From IMG/VR virus record IMGVR_UViG_3300010396_000044: a stretch of DNA of 64,000 bases; one strand, 5' to 3'. The translations under genes were made by a program, and so were the position numbers. Source of the stretch: an uncultured virus (IMG/VR IMGVR_UViG_3300010396_000044). Lineage: Duplodnaviria > Heunggongvirae > Uroviricota > Caudoviricetes. The notes beneath the pieces are model-generated. The model was not told the origin of the DNA and searched no databases. It saw only the letters and a program-made list of their open reading frames with translations. How positions within the stretch are numbered: the stretch's first letter is position 1; the number at the start of each line of letters is the position of its first letter. Of the stretch, positions 9,158-18,593 are shown piece by piece.

Positions 9158-9355
9158 ATGCCGACGTTGACGATGCAGGATCGGCCGTTGGGGCTGCTCG
9201 CAATCGTGGATGCCTGCCGCGCCATGGTCACGGCTTGGGACACGGCAGCCCGAACCGAGGATCTTGAGCCTACGTTGAATGAGTTGTGCCGAGTATTAGA
9301 GCCGCGGATCAAGCTACTCACCGATGACCGCAGCACGCCCGCTGATTCGTGCTGA
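9158..9355 (+). CDS. hypothetical protein
   Basis: AGGAGG RBS before ATG 9158. Confidence 0.55.
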   Translation: MPTLTMQDRPLGLLAIVDACRAMVTAWDTAARTEDLEPTLNELCRVLEPRIKLLTDDRSTPADSC

Positions 9356-9467
9356 CAGCAGTATGTCCATTGTGGATGACCGTTCGGCGATGAAACCCGG
9401 CCGCTTAACCACGCGGATGTAACAAAAGGGTTTCCCCGGGGTGGCGCGGGATGGCGCACTACGGCCC

Positions 9468-9854
9468 ATGATGTCATCGGGCCACGGTCGACACCATCGA
9501 CCCTCGCGCCGTTGCCGTAAGAGGATTCCCCGGTTCGTTCTTGGCGCCACCGTCACAGCGGTCGCTGGCACCATCGCGCTGGACACGGGAATGGCGTACG
9601 CCGACACCGGCGGCGTCAACTGGGGCGCCATCGCAGCCTGTGAATCCGGCGGGAACTGGCACATCAACACCGGTAACGGCTTCCACGGCGGTCTCCAGTT
9701 CAGCCTCCCCACGTGGAGATCGCACGGCGGCATCGGTCTCCCTGAACTCGCCACACCTGCGTTGCAGATCTCGGTGGCCAACAACGTGCTCCGTACCCAG
9801 GGTTTGGGTGCGTGGCCGGTGTGCGGCCGTCACGCTCACGACGGTGGCCGCTGA
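9468..9854 (+). CDS. rpf: resuscitation-promoting factor (Rpf) transglycosylase, secreted
   Basis: signal peptide then NWGAIAACESGGNWHINTGNGFHGGLQF..TW..QG.GAWPVCG. Confidence 0.95.
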   Translation: MMSSGHGRHHRPSRRCRKRIPRFVLGATVTAVAGTIALDTGMAYADTGGVNWGAIAACESGGNWHINTGNGFHGGLQFSLPTWRSHGGIGLPELATPALQISVANNVLRTQGLGAWPVCGRHAHDGGR

Positions 9855-10648
9855 TGGCCGGCAAACACCGCAAGCCCAGTCCGGCGCGGGAACTGATCCC
9901 CACCGCCGCTGGCGCCACCGTCACCGCGCTCACCCTGGTCACCACCACCGGCACCATGCCCGCCATCACCGCACCCGTGAAAACCGAGGCGGTCACCCAG
10001 CCGATACGCCGACCCCAACCAGCAGTGCCACACGAGCCGCTGATGATGCTCGCACCGCCAATGCTGGCCCCGGCGTCCGTTGAGTGGTACCCGTCGTACA
10101 CACCACCACCGCAGTACTACATGCGGCAGCGACCGGTTGTGCAGCGGCAACAACCCAGACACGCATCGTCGGTCATGACGCGCACCGCCGCACCAGCACC
10201 AGCCCAAGCGCCAGCACCCCGACACGCCGCGCCGCAACACACCCAAACGCCCGTCCCACAGCAAGCGCCGATCAAGCAAGAACCCGTGCTCACCGCAGCC
10301 GTGAAAGCCGTCCACGCGGCCGTGTCCCAAGTCGGATCGCGATACGTCTGGGGCGGCGATTCGCCGGGCTCGTTCGACTGCTCCGGGCTCGTCCAATGGG
10401 CCTACCGACAATCCGGGATCAACCTGCCCCGCACCGCCGCCGCGCAAGCCGGCGCTGGACGACCTGTCAGCATGTCCGCGCTACGACCCGGTGACCTGCT
10501 GTTCTACCGCTACGGCGGCGGTATCGAGCACGTCACCATGTTCGTCGGGAACGGGCAAATCGCGGAAGCAGCCACCTTCGGCGTCCCAGTGCACGTAAGA
10601 CCGCTCTACACCGAGGGCTTGGTCGAAGCCAGACGACTCATCAACTAG
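9854..10648 (+). CDS. NlpC/P60 peptidoglycan endopeptidase, secreted
   Basis: GSRYVWGG.SPGSFDCSGLVQWAY..GINLPRT..LRPGDLLF..HVTMFVG; TGATG-coupled to rpf. Confidence 0.95.
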   Translation: MAGKHRKPSPARELIPTAAGATVTALTLVTTTGTMPAITAPVKTEAVTQPIRRPQPAVPHEPLMMLAPPMLAPASVEWYPSYTPPPQYYMRQRPVVQRQQPRHASSVMTRTAAPAPAQAPAPRHAAPQHTQTPVPQQAPIKQEPVLTAAVKAVHAAVSQVGSRYVWGGDSPGSFDCSGLVQWAYRQSGINLPRTAAAQAGAGRPVSMSALRPGDLLFYRYGGGIEHVTMFVGNGQIAEAATFGVPVHVRPLYTEGLVEARRLIN

Positions 10649-10996
10649 CCCGTCGGTAGTCAGGGTGCGCGTGCTCCGCGAAGTCGTCATCGTCATCGTG
10701 ATCGGCTCAGGAATCTGGGCCGCCCTGAGCGCCACAACACTCTGGCAAGTGCTGTGGCTCGCCGCGGTCATGCTGCTGGCGTCGTTGGAACTGTTCCCCG
10801 CACGAACACCCTGAACGGTCGGGGGTGGTGGTCGTGCCCGGCCGCCACCGACAGCGGCCAATCACCACCACCATCGCCTACACCCTCCTTATCGGCCTCG
10901 GTGTCCTCGCCTGCGCCGGCCTGCTGGGGCTGCTCACCCTCGCCCTGTTCGAGTTCATGCTCTCCACACCATGAGGAAACCCCGGGGGTACGTGGG

Positions 10997-11398
10997 ATGC
11001 GCCGCCATCACCACCCCGCGAACGTCGCCATCCACGACCGCAAAGCCACCATCGACCAAAACGTGGACCGATTCGTCACCAAATTCGGATCAGTGCAATA
11101 TTTGGCGTGGCAAACAGTGTTCATCGCAGTCTGGATCGCCCTCAACGCCGCCGCCTGGGCGTTACGGTGGGACCCATACCCCTGGATCCTGCTGAACCTC
11201 ATCTTTTCGACACAGGCCAGCTACGCGGCGCCGCTGATCCTCATGGCACAAAACCGGGCATCCGAACACGACCGCTTACGCGCCGAAGAAGACTACAAAA
11301 CGAACAACGACACCCTCACCGAACTCAGGACACTCCGCGCGGAACACGCGGACCTCCGCACACAACTCGCCACGCTGCTATCGAAACCAGCCCGGTAG
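10997..11398 (+). CDS. DUF1003 membrane protein
   Basis: WDPYPWILLNLIFSTQASYAAPLILMAQNR signature. Confidence 0.9.
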   Translation: MRRHHHPANVAIHDRKATIDQNVDRFVTKFGSVQYLAWQTVFIAVWIALNAAAWALRWDPYPWILLNLIFSTQASYAAPLILMAQNRASEHDRLRAEEDYKTNNDTLTELRTLRAEHADLRTQLATLLSKPAR

Positions 11399-11409
11399 GC
11401 GGTAAACGG

Positions 11410-11544
11410 ATGCCCAATATTGACGCGATCCTCCAGTGGCTGCAACACCCCACCCACCCGATCCTCTCATGGACCCTGCTGGTGGTCGGTGTACTACTCG
11501 TCTGTGCGATCCGCGTCTACGACAGTCACTCCGGACGGTTTTGA
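11410..11544 (+). CDS. small membrane protein
   Basis: one TM segment. Confidence 0.45.
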   Translation: MPNIDAILQWLQHPTHPILSWTLLVVGVLLVCAIRVYDSHSGRF

Positions 11545-11605
11545 TCGACTACCTAAATTCGCGGGGTGGTTAAGCAATGAACCGTTGGCTGATCGGCCTC
11601 AGCCC

Positions 11606-11884
11606 ATGGCGCTAGAAGGAACCGGCGGGAAAGAACGCCACCCGGAAGACTACGAACGCCTACACCGTTACTGGACCCGCGGTGAGGGCCTCGGCGAATG
11701 GGCTGAGGCCGACGACCCGTGGACCGAACTATTTCACCACCTCGCGAAATTCATGAACCCTGACGAGGCGAAACGCACCGCAACCGTGTGGTTCCACGAC
11801 GTTTTCGGCTTCTACCCTGGCTCTGATCTGAATCGGGTCACGCACGGTAAGCCACCGCGGGGGAAGGTAGTCGGACCAGGATGA
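11606..11884 (+). CDS. conserved actinophage hypothetical protein
   Basis: LHRYWTRGEG..W..PWT..HLAK pattern; coupled to GT gene. Confidence 0.6.
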   Translation: MALEGTGGKERHPEDYERLHRYWTRGEGLGEWAEADDPWTELFHHLAKFMNPDEAKRTATVWFHDVFGFYPGSDLNRVTHGKPPRGKVVGPG

Positions 11885-12564
11885 CGGCCAACCTGTTGAT
11901 GCTCGTCCCTACGCGGCAGCGGCCTGGTAATGCTGATGCGGTGGTGAATTCGTGGCAGGCCACCTCCGGGGGCTGCTCTGAGTTGTGTTTCGTGGTCGAC
12001 GAGGATGACCCTGATCTGAGTGAGTATCGGTCGCGGTTGGCTGATACGCCGGGTGTGTGGGTTCACCCGGTTGGCAGCAGGGGTATGGTCGCGGCGCTCA
12101 ACGCCGCCGCAGTGCACTACGCCAGCCACTACCGGTTCCTCGGGTTCATGGGCGATGATCACAGGCCGCGCAGCACCGGCTGGGATCGTCGGTTCTGCGA
12201 GTGTCTCTCCACCGGTGTGGGTGTGGTGTACGGCAACGACCTGTTGCAGGGCGAGGCGATGCCCACCGCGGTCGCGTTGACCTCGGACATCGTCCGCACA
12301 CTCGGCTATTTCGCGCCCCCATCCATGATCCATCTGTGCGTTGATTTGTGTTGGAAGCTGTGGGGTGAGGCGCTCGGGCGGATCACCTATTTGCCGGATG
12401 TGGTGATTGAGCACATGCACCCGGCTGCGCGTAAGGCGCCGATGGACGCCGGGTATGAAAAGGCGAATAGCCCGGATCGTATGCGTGATGATGCTGCCGC
12501 CTACTACGCCTACAAGGACGGGCAGTTCCACGACGACGTTGCGAAGTTGAAAGCGCTGCTGTGA
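11881..12564 (+). CDS. glycosyltransferase (GT-A / GT2-like)
   Basis: LVPTRQRP, FVVDEDD, GFMGDDHRP (DxD), HLCVD, VVIEHMH. Confidence 0.85.
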   Translation: MTANLLMLVPTRQRPGNADAVVNSWQATSGGCSELCFVVDEDDPDLSEYRSRLADTPGVWVHPVGSRGMVAALNAAAVHYASHYRFLGFMGDDHRPRSTGWDRRFCECLSTGVGVVYGNDLLQGEAMPTAVALTSDIVRTLGYFAPPSMIHLCVDLCWKLWGEALGRITYLPDVVIEHMHPAARKAPMDAGYEKANSPDRMRDDAAAYYAYKDGQFHDDVAKLKALL

Positions 12565-12631
12565 CGGCGACCGGGTTCCGTGCTGGTACAAGCCGGAATC
12601 CGTGGCTTTGCTGAACGCTAGAGGAGGAATC

Positions 12632-12892
12632 ATGGCAACGTGGGTTCGGATGGCCATTGGTAGCGACGACGTAGACGATTTCACCTACTTGAACATGGAT
12701 CACGTGAAGCAGGCGCAAGTGACTCCCACCGTCTCCGGGCCGTCCGGGTACATGATCGAGCTAGGTGGAGAAGGGCCAGCCGACTTCGGCGCGGTGTACG
12801 GACGGTGGGACACCGCTGCGCACGCTAACGCTGCGCTTCAGCTCTTGGTGCGTGGAGTCGATTTCAGTGCGACGACCGGTGAGGCACTCTGA
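12632..12892 (+). CDS. hypothetical protein
   Basis: GAGGAGG RBS. Confidence 0.6.
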   Translation: MATWVRMAIGSDDVDDFTYLNMDHVKQAQVTPTVSGPSGYMIELGGEGPADFGAVYGRWDTAAHANAALQLLVRGVDFSATTGEAL

Positions 12893-12937
12893 TTAGGTAG
12901 ATGTTCGATCCGCAAGCCCTCGCCACAGCGGTCGCCA

Positions 12938-13513
12938 ATGGCTGAACACAGGTTTTTCGAAGGCCCAATCCCGTACGTGGCCACTGCCGCATTCCACGCG
13001 AACCGCGAACGAGCACCACACCTTGAGCAGGACATGCACCGTGACCGGCTCCACCGAACCGCGCAACTCATCCGCACCGTGCACCCCAACTCCGTAGTAG
13101 ACCTCGGCTGCGGCGACGGCGGCCTCCTATCACTCATCACCGACATCGACTCCTGGGGCTACGACTTCCAACCCTCCAACACCGCCGGCTGGGCGGAACG
13201 CGGTGTGACCGCCGAGCTCCGTGACGTGCTGCACCCCGGCGCGGATGTTCGATGGGGCGAACTAGCCGTACTAACCGAAGTACTCGAGCATGTCACCGAC
13301 CCACATGGCGTCGTTCGATGGACCGCGCGCCACGCGAAGTACGTTGTAGCGTCATCACCGCACAGCGAAACACCGCACAACCACGCAGAGGAGCACGCGT
13401 GGGCTTGGGATGTTGACGGGTACCGTGATTTGTTTTCTCCGCACTGGGAGATACTCAGCCACGACACTGTCGGCTGGTGCCAGATCGTCCTAGGACGGAG
13501 CCGTCACCTGTGA
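12938..13513 (+). CDS. class I SAM-dependent methyltransferase
   Basis: VVDLGCGDG motif I; TEVLEHV.DP. Confidence 0.9.
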   Translation: MAEHRFFEGPIPYVATAAFHANRERAPHLEQDMHRDRLHRTAQLIRTVHPNSVVDLGCGDGGLLSLITDIDSWGYDFQPSNTAGWAERGVTAELRDVLHPGADVRWGELAVLTEVLEHVTDPHGVVRWTARHAKYVVASSPHSETPHNHAEEHAWAWDVDGYRDLFSPHWEILSHDTVGWCQIVLGRSRHL

Positions 13514-14388
13514 AACGAGCTCTGATCACCGGCGCCGCTGGCATGATCGGCCGCCGCTTTTGCGAATATTTGTTTGACCAGGACTGGTTGATCACCCCGA
13601 TAGACACCAAGTCTCCATATGTTATAGACGCGCGGCAGTTTTTTCGCGAAAGCAATGATCGGTACGATCTGGTTTTGCATTGCGCCGCTCACGTCGGCGG
13701 TCGACTCGACATCGAAAACCGGGTCGCCTACATTGGCGCCTACAATGTCCAACTCGACGGCGCCATGTTCGAGTGGGCATTACGTACCCGACCGGCGCAT
13801 ATCGTGTACTGGTCAAGCTCGGCTGCCTACCCCATTGAGTACCAGACAGGGCAGATCGAAGTGTCCTTGCATGAAGATGACATCGATCTGATCAGTCCCG
13901 ATGCGGCTGATTTCACCTACGGCTGGGCTAAGCTCGTCGGTGAGCGCCTCGCAATAGAGGCACAGGCAGAAGGGCTGAAAGTCCATGTCTTCCGGCCCTT
14001 CAGCGGATGGGCAGACGACCAAGACACCTCGTACCCGATGGGAGCCTACCTTGACCGGGCACGCCGACGAGCCGACCCATTCACGGTCTGGGGAGACGGT
14101 GAACAAGTACGCGACTTCATCCACATCACCGACATCATCATCGCGACCATGGCCGCAATTGACGCAGATTACCCCGGGCCACTTAATCTCTGCACAGGTG
14201 TACCCACATCGTTTAACACCCTCGCCAAGCTGGTCACCTCAGCCGCCGGATATTCGCCTACCATCGAACACGACCGAACCAAACCAGTAGGCGTGCGCTA
14301 CCGCGTCGGCGACCCCACCGAAATGCACAAAATCTGGGTGCCGCAAGTGACACTTGAGGATGCGATCAGATCAGCTCTAGCGGAGTGA
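13510..14388 (+). CDS. NAD-dependent nucleotide-sugar epimerase/dehydratase
   Basis: ALITGAAGMIG, SSSAAY, YGWAK, WGDGEQVRDFIH. Confidence 0.92.
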   Translation: MKRALITGAAGMIGRRFCEYLFDQDWLITPIDTKSPYVIDARQFFRESNDRYDLVLHCAAHVGGRLDIENRVAYIGAYNVQLDGAMFEWALRTRPAHIVYWSSSAAYPIEYQTGQIEVSLHEDDIDLISPDAADFTYGWAKLVGERLAIEAQAEGLKVHVFRPFSGWADDQDTSYPMGAYLDRARRRADPFTVWGDGEQVRDFIHITDIIIATMAAIDADYPGPLNLCTGVPTSFNTLAKLVTSAAGYSPTIEHDRTKPVGVRYRVGDPTEMHKIWVPQVTLEDAIRSALAE

Positions 14389-14395
14389 GGTCGAC

Positions 14396-14587
14396 ATGAC
14401 AACCACCGAACTCGCCGACATCACCGACCACATCCTCACCGAAATCCGCGCCATGCTCGACCACCGCGCCCGCCAACACCGACACCGCGCCGTCACCATC
14501 ACCACCACAGCCGCCACCATCTGGGCGCTCGCCGCCTTCACCCGCCGCGTACACCAAGTCCCCACCTGGCGCACAGACAACAACTGA
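14396..14587 (+). CDS. hypothetical protein
   Basis: GAGG RBS; TGATG-coupled to HNH. Confidence 0.5.
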   Translation: MTTTELADITDHILTEIRAMLDHRARQHRHRAVTITTTAATIWALAAFTRRVHQVPTWRTDNN

Positions 14588-14889
14588 TGCCCGGCTGGCA
14601 AGGCTCCCAACGCCGCAAAACCCTCCCCACCAACTGGCGGCAACTGAGGGCCACCATCCTCAAACGGGATGGTCACCAATGCACATGGACCGTCAACGGC
14701 CACCGCTGCACAAACCCAGCCACCGACGTCGACCACCGTAACCGCCACATCCAAAGCGACGATCCCTCAAACCTGCAATCACTCTGCACCACACACCACG
14801 CACACAAAACCGCGCTAGAAGGCAACACCGAACGCTGGCGATATCGAACCAAACGACCAGCCGAACAACACCCAGGCCTCATCACATAA
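14587..14889 (+). CDS. small HNH endonuclease (terminase-associated)
   Basis: W..LR..ILKRDGHQC..C..ATDVDH..NLQSLC..HH..KT; upstream of TerS. Confidence 0.9.
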   Translation: MPGWQGSQRRKTLPTNWRQLRATILKRDGHQCTWTVNGHRCTNPATDVDHRNRHIQSDDPSNLQSLCTTHHAHKTALEGNTERWRYRTKRPAEQHPGLIT

Positions 14890-15046
14890 AACTCGCACCT
14901 ACTGCACAGCGAATTACCAGCCAGAAACCATAGGCTGAACAAACCACCCCGCTGCCCGCAGTAAGACAACACACGCGCCCATACACATCGCGCAGCACAT
15001 CATTCTGCCACCCGCGGGGAATCACCGACCCCAAAGAAAGCAGAAC

Positions 15047-16009
15047 ATGACCCATACCGGACCCTGCGCACACTGCGGCAAAACCTTCACCCGCACCAGA
15101 CCAGGCGGCCCAGCACCACGCTATTGCAGCGCCGCATGCAGATCCAAAGCAGCGCACCTCAGAACCAAAGCAGACGGTAGATACGCGGCGCGATGCGCAA
15201 CAAAACAAGCCGAACGCGTCCCCATCCGCCACGCCTGCACCTGCGTAGTATGCGGGGAACGCTTCACCACCCGAACCGCCCAAGCCAAATACTGCAAGCC
15301 GCTCTGCGCTAGCAGAGCATTCAACTCTGCCCGCAAAGTAGACGGACGCCTCAAAGAACAACGCACCCGCCGCGCGGACAAAATCAAGGCATACCAAGCC
15401 ACCTACGGACGAACCCTAGCGCCATGCGCAGCATGCGGTACCACCGTCGAACGCGGACCCAACGCTCGCCACCGCAGAACAGCATGCAGCAACCAATGCC
15501 GCAGCTACCTCAGATTCGGATGCTGGCCACACTCCCAGATCCCCGCAACACACCCAATCGTCTCCACACCAATCCCCGCAGACCATCCAGCCAGAGCGCC
15601 ACAAGTAAAGCAACCGACCATCCGATTCATGGCAGGCAGATGCCCCCACTGCGGAGACTGGTTCATCTCAGACCGCCGCATAGGCGGCTTAACAGACCGT
15701 ACATGCAGCCCCCGATGCTCAAGGGCGAACCACCGAACCATGCGAAGGGCAAGACAGCGAATAGCAACCACCGAAACTGTCTCACGATACGAGATCTATG
15801 AACGCGACAAGTGGACCTGCCACATCTGCCGGAAGAAAGTAAACCGGAACAAAACAGTCCCGCACCCCAAAGCGCCAGTACTTGATCACGTCATCCCGCT
15901 CGCGCGCGGCGGCCACCACGAACGAGCCAACCTACGAACAGCGCACTTCCTCTGCAACTCACTCAAAGGCGCTCAATCCATGGGCGAACAACTAATGCTC
16001 TTCGGCTAA
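15047..16009 (+). CDS. HNH endonuclease with multiple Zn-ribbon repeats (homing-type)
   Basis: several CxxC..YCS.xC repeats; C-terminal RDKWTCHIC..LDHVIPLARGG.H..NLRTAHFLCNSLK. Confidence 0.9.
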   Translation: MTHTGPCAHCGKTFTRTRPGGPAPRYCSAACRSKAAHLRTKADGRYAARCATKQAERVPIRHACTCVVCGERFTTRTAQAKYCKPLCASRAFNSARKVDGRLKEQRTRRADKIKAYQATYGRTLAPCAACGTTVERGPNARHRRTACSNQCRSYLRFGCWPHSQIPATHPIVSTPIPADHPARAPQVKQPTIRFMAGRCPHCGDWFISDRRIGGLTDRTCSPRCSRANHRTMRRARQRIATTETVSRYEIYERDKWTCHICRKKVNRNKTVPHPKAPVLDHVIPLARGGHHERANLRTAHFLCNSLKGAQSMGEQLMLFG

Positions 16010-16123
16010 CCCACCCCCTCTATACCCCCTAAGCGTATAGACGTTCACCGCGAGGTACTGATGGGCGCGGCCTGTGTAGGTCTGGGACTTGTTGATCTAG
16101 CGCGTGTTTGGGGGGTGTGGGTT
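16010..16123. other. putative cos / packaging-initiation region
   Basis: intergenic between HNH genes and TerS; abrupt C/A-rich to G/T-rich strand switch; inferred from position only. Confidence 0.5.
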
Positions 16124-16576
16124 GTGGCTGGTCGTGGTCCGGCGCCTAAGGCGGTGCGGGTGCGGCGGAATGACACGGCGCGTCGTGATGCGGAGATGGT
16201 TGAGGTTGAGGCGACGGGTGAGTTGTTTGGGCCTTCGTTGCCTGAGGGTGTGTTGCCGGATGGTGCTGATTGGCATCCGCAGACGCGTGCGTTGTGGGAT
16301 TCGTTGCGGTGTTTGCCGTTGTTGAGGGATGAGTTGCCGTTGGGGTGGCAGTTTTTGTTGGATACGGCGTTGATGCATCACACGATGTGGGCTAAGGGGC
16401 GTTGGGAGTTCGCGTCTGAGGTGAGGCTGCGTCTTTCTAAGTTCGGAGCTACGCCTGAGGATCGGCAGCGCTTGAAGGTGCGCGTGACGTCGCCGGGTGA
16501 TTCGCGTCCTGTGCCGTCGGGTGGGGCTGGTTCGGTGGCTGATATTTCGTCTCGGCGGGCGCGGTTAACGAGCTGA
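16124..16576 (+). CDS. terS: terminase small subunit
   Basis: MAGRGPAPK..WHPQT..W..W.FLLDTALMH..EVRLR..FGATPEDR.RL. Confidence 0.88.
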   Translation: MAGRGPAPKAVRVRRNDTARRDAEMVEVEATGELFGPSLPEGVLPDGADWHPQTRALWDSLRCLPLLRDELPLGWQFLLDTALMHHTMWAKGRWEFASEVRLRLSKFGATPEDRQRLKVRVTSPGDSRPVPSGGAGSVADISSRRARLTS

Positions 16577-16585
16577 GCTGACGAC

Positions 16586-16789
16586 TCAGCGGCAGCGTTT
16601 GGGTGTGGGTGGGGTTGCGTTGGCCCAGAAGTCGGCGAGGCTGACCCACTGGTCGGTGATTGCGCCGTGGATGTGGACGCCGGCGGTGGGGTCGGTGGCG
16701 AGGACTTCAACGACGTCGTGGGCCCGGATGTTGCCCCATTGCCATAGCCAGTGTGAGCCGGTGTCGGGTGGCGGCCAGGGTGGGGTCAT
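16586..16789 (-). CDS. antisense moron, hypothetical protein, leaderless
   Basis: fills TerS-TerL gap; TAACCT 7 nt before ATG. Confidence 0.55.
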   Translation of the reverse strand: MTPPWPPPDTGSHWLWQWGNIRAHDVVEVLATDPTAGVHIHGAITDQWVSLADFWANATPPTPKRCR

Positions 16790-16806
16790 GCGGTGGAGGT
16801 TAGCCA

Positions 16807-18462
16807 GTGCCGAGGCGTTTGGTGCGGTCCTCACAGCATGATCGGGGCCGTTCGCTTGGGTGGCTGATGTTGGCGTGGTACGAGTTTTTCGTTGTGCACG
16901 GTCCGGGTGATGTGCAGGGTGAGCCGGTTCGGCATGGTGATGAGTATTCGGGTTTCGTGGCGGATTGTTACGCGCTTGACGAGTCCGGGCGGATGTTGTA
17001 TGACTCGGCGTTTTTGTCGAGGCCGAAGGGTTGCGATAAGTCGGGTATGGGTGGCCGGTTCGGTTTAGGTGAGGCGCTGGGGCCGTGCCGGTTCGCTGGG
17101 TTCGCGCGTGGCGGCGAGGTTTATGCGGATCCGTGGGGTTTGGGGTTCGAGTATCGGTTTGAGCCGGGTGAGCCGATGGGCCGTCCGGTGAAGGTGCCCT
17201 ATATCCGGTGCATGGCCACGGAGGAGGGTCAGACTGGTCTGGTTTATGACACGATCTCTTTCAACCTGTCTGAGGGTCCGTTGTCTGAGGTGCCGGGTGT
17301 TGACGCGGGTTTGACGCGGACTTTGTTGCCGGGTGGTGGGGAGATCACGCCGTCCACCGCCAGTAGCGCGTCGAAAGATGGTGGCAAAGAGACGTTCGTG
17401 TGTTTCGATGAGTCGCATTTGTATAATTCCCCTGATTTGCGGCGTATGTATGCGACGGTGACCCGGAATTTGCGGAAGCGGAAGCTGATCGCGGGCACGT
17501 GGTATTTGGAGACCACGACGATGTTCGCGCCGGGTGAGGATTCGGTCGCGGAGTCCACGTATCGGTTGTCTGAGGCGATTGAGGCGGGGAAGACTCGTCG
17601 GGATCGGCTGTTGGTGGATCACCGGTGGGGTTTGTGTGGTAACCCGGCTGATGAGGCGGAGCTGCGGGCCGCGGTGTGTGAGGCGTACGGCGACGCCATG
17701 GCCTGGAACGACCTCGACGGCATCATCGATGAGTTCTATGACCCCCGGACGCATGTCACGGATTCGCGTCGGTATTTCCTGAACGCGGAGACGGAGACGT
17801 CGGATGCGTGGATAGCGTCGCGGGAGTGGGATCCGTGTGCGGATCCGTTGGCGGTGATCGCTGACGGGGAGATGGTCACGCTCGGGTTCGATGGTTCGGT
17901 CAATGATGATGCGACGGCGTTGGTGGTGTGCCGGGTTGAGGACGGGCACCTCGAGTTGCTGGCTTGTGTTGAACGCCCGGAGGACGCGGCTGCTGGGTGG
18001 CAGGTGGATCAGGTCGCCATGGACGCTGCTGTTGCTGCCGCGTTCGATCGGTTTGATGTGGTGGGGTTTTTCGCGGATCCGCCGCATTGGCAGGATTACG
18101 TGGATCGGTGGACGGCGGAGTTCGGTGGTCGGTTGAGGGTGCGTGCGACGCAGGCGCATCCGGTGGAGTGGTGGACGAACAGGTCGTCGGTGATGGTGCG
18201 GGCGTTGGAGCGGTTCCGTGAGGCGGTTGCCGCTAAGCGGTTGACGCATGATGGGTCGACGTTGTTGCGGCGGCATGTGTTGAACGCCCGGAGGCGCACG
18301 TCGCGCGCGGGTATCACGATCGCGAAGGAGTTCCCGGGGTCGATGCGGAAGATTGATGCGGCGATGGCGGCGGTGTTGGCGTATGAGGCTCGCGCGGACG
18401 CGGTCGCGGCTGGGGTGTTGTCGTCGCGGCGAAACAGGTCGAAGCGGCTGGTGCGGTTTTAG
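16807..18462 (+). CDS. terL: terminase large subunit
   Basis: SRPKGCDKS Walker A, FDESH Walker B, LGFDGS..DATAL nuclease, KIDAAMA. Confidence 0.95.
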   Translation: MPRRLVRSSQHDRGRSLGWLMLAWYEFFVVHGPGDVQGEPVRHGDEYSGFVADCYALDESGRMLYDSAFLSRPKGCDKSGMGGRFGLGEALGPCRFAGFARGGEVYADPWGLGFEYRFEPGEPMGRPVKVPYIRCMATEEGQTGLVYDTISFNLSEGPLSEVPGVDAGLTRTLLPGGGEITPSTASSASKDGGKETFVCFDESHLYNSPDLRRMYATVTRNLRKRKLIAGTWYLETTTMFAPGEDSVAESTYRLSEAIEAGKTRRDRLLVDHRWGLCGNPADEAELRAAVCEAYGDAMAWNDLDGIIDEFYDPRTHVTDSRRYFLNAETETSDAWIASREWDPCADPLAVIADGEMVTLGFDGSVNDDATALVVCRVEDGHLELLACVERPEDAAAGWQVDQVAMDAAVAAAFDRFDVVGFFADPPHWQDYVDRWTAEFGGRLRVRATQAHPVEWWTNRSSVMVRALERFREAVAAKRLTHDGSTLLRRHVLNARRRTSRAGITIAKEFPGSMRKIDAAMAAVLAYEARADAVAAGVLSSRRNRSKRLVRF

Positions 18463-18593
18463 GGCAGGTGCCCGATCCACAGCGCTGCTTGGTAGGTCAT
18501 GCCGAGCGGTAAGGCGAGTAGGGCATTGGTGAGGAACAGGGTCGCGACGCCTCGCGCGGTTTCGCGTTTCGCTCGGTGGATGGGGTGTTTCAT
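18459..18593 (-). CDS. small membrane protein (antisense moron)
   Basis: ATGA-type coupling with 18590-18988. Confidence 0.45.
   Translation of the reverse strand: MKHPIHRAKRETARGVATLFLTNALLALPLGMTYQAALWIGHLP

Noticed and set aside
9340..9467. c-di-AMP (ydaO) riboswitch upstream of rpf
   Set aside because: Could not find the conserved ydaO sequence blocks by eye.
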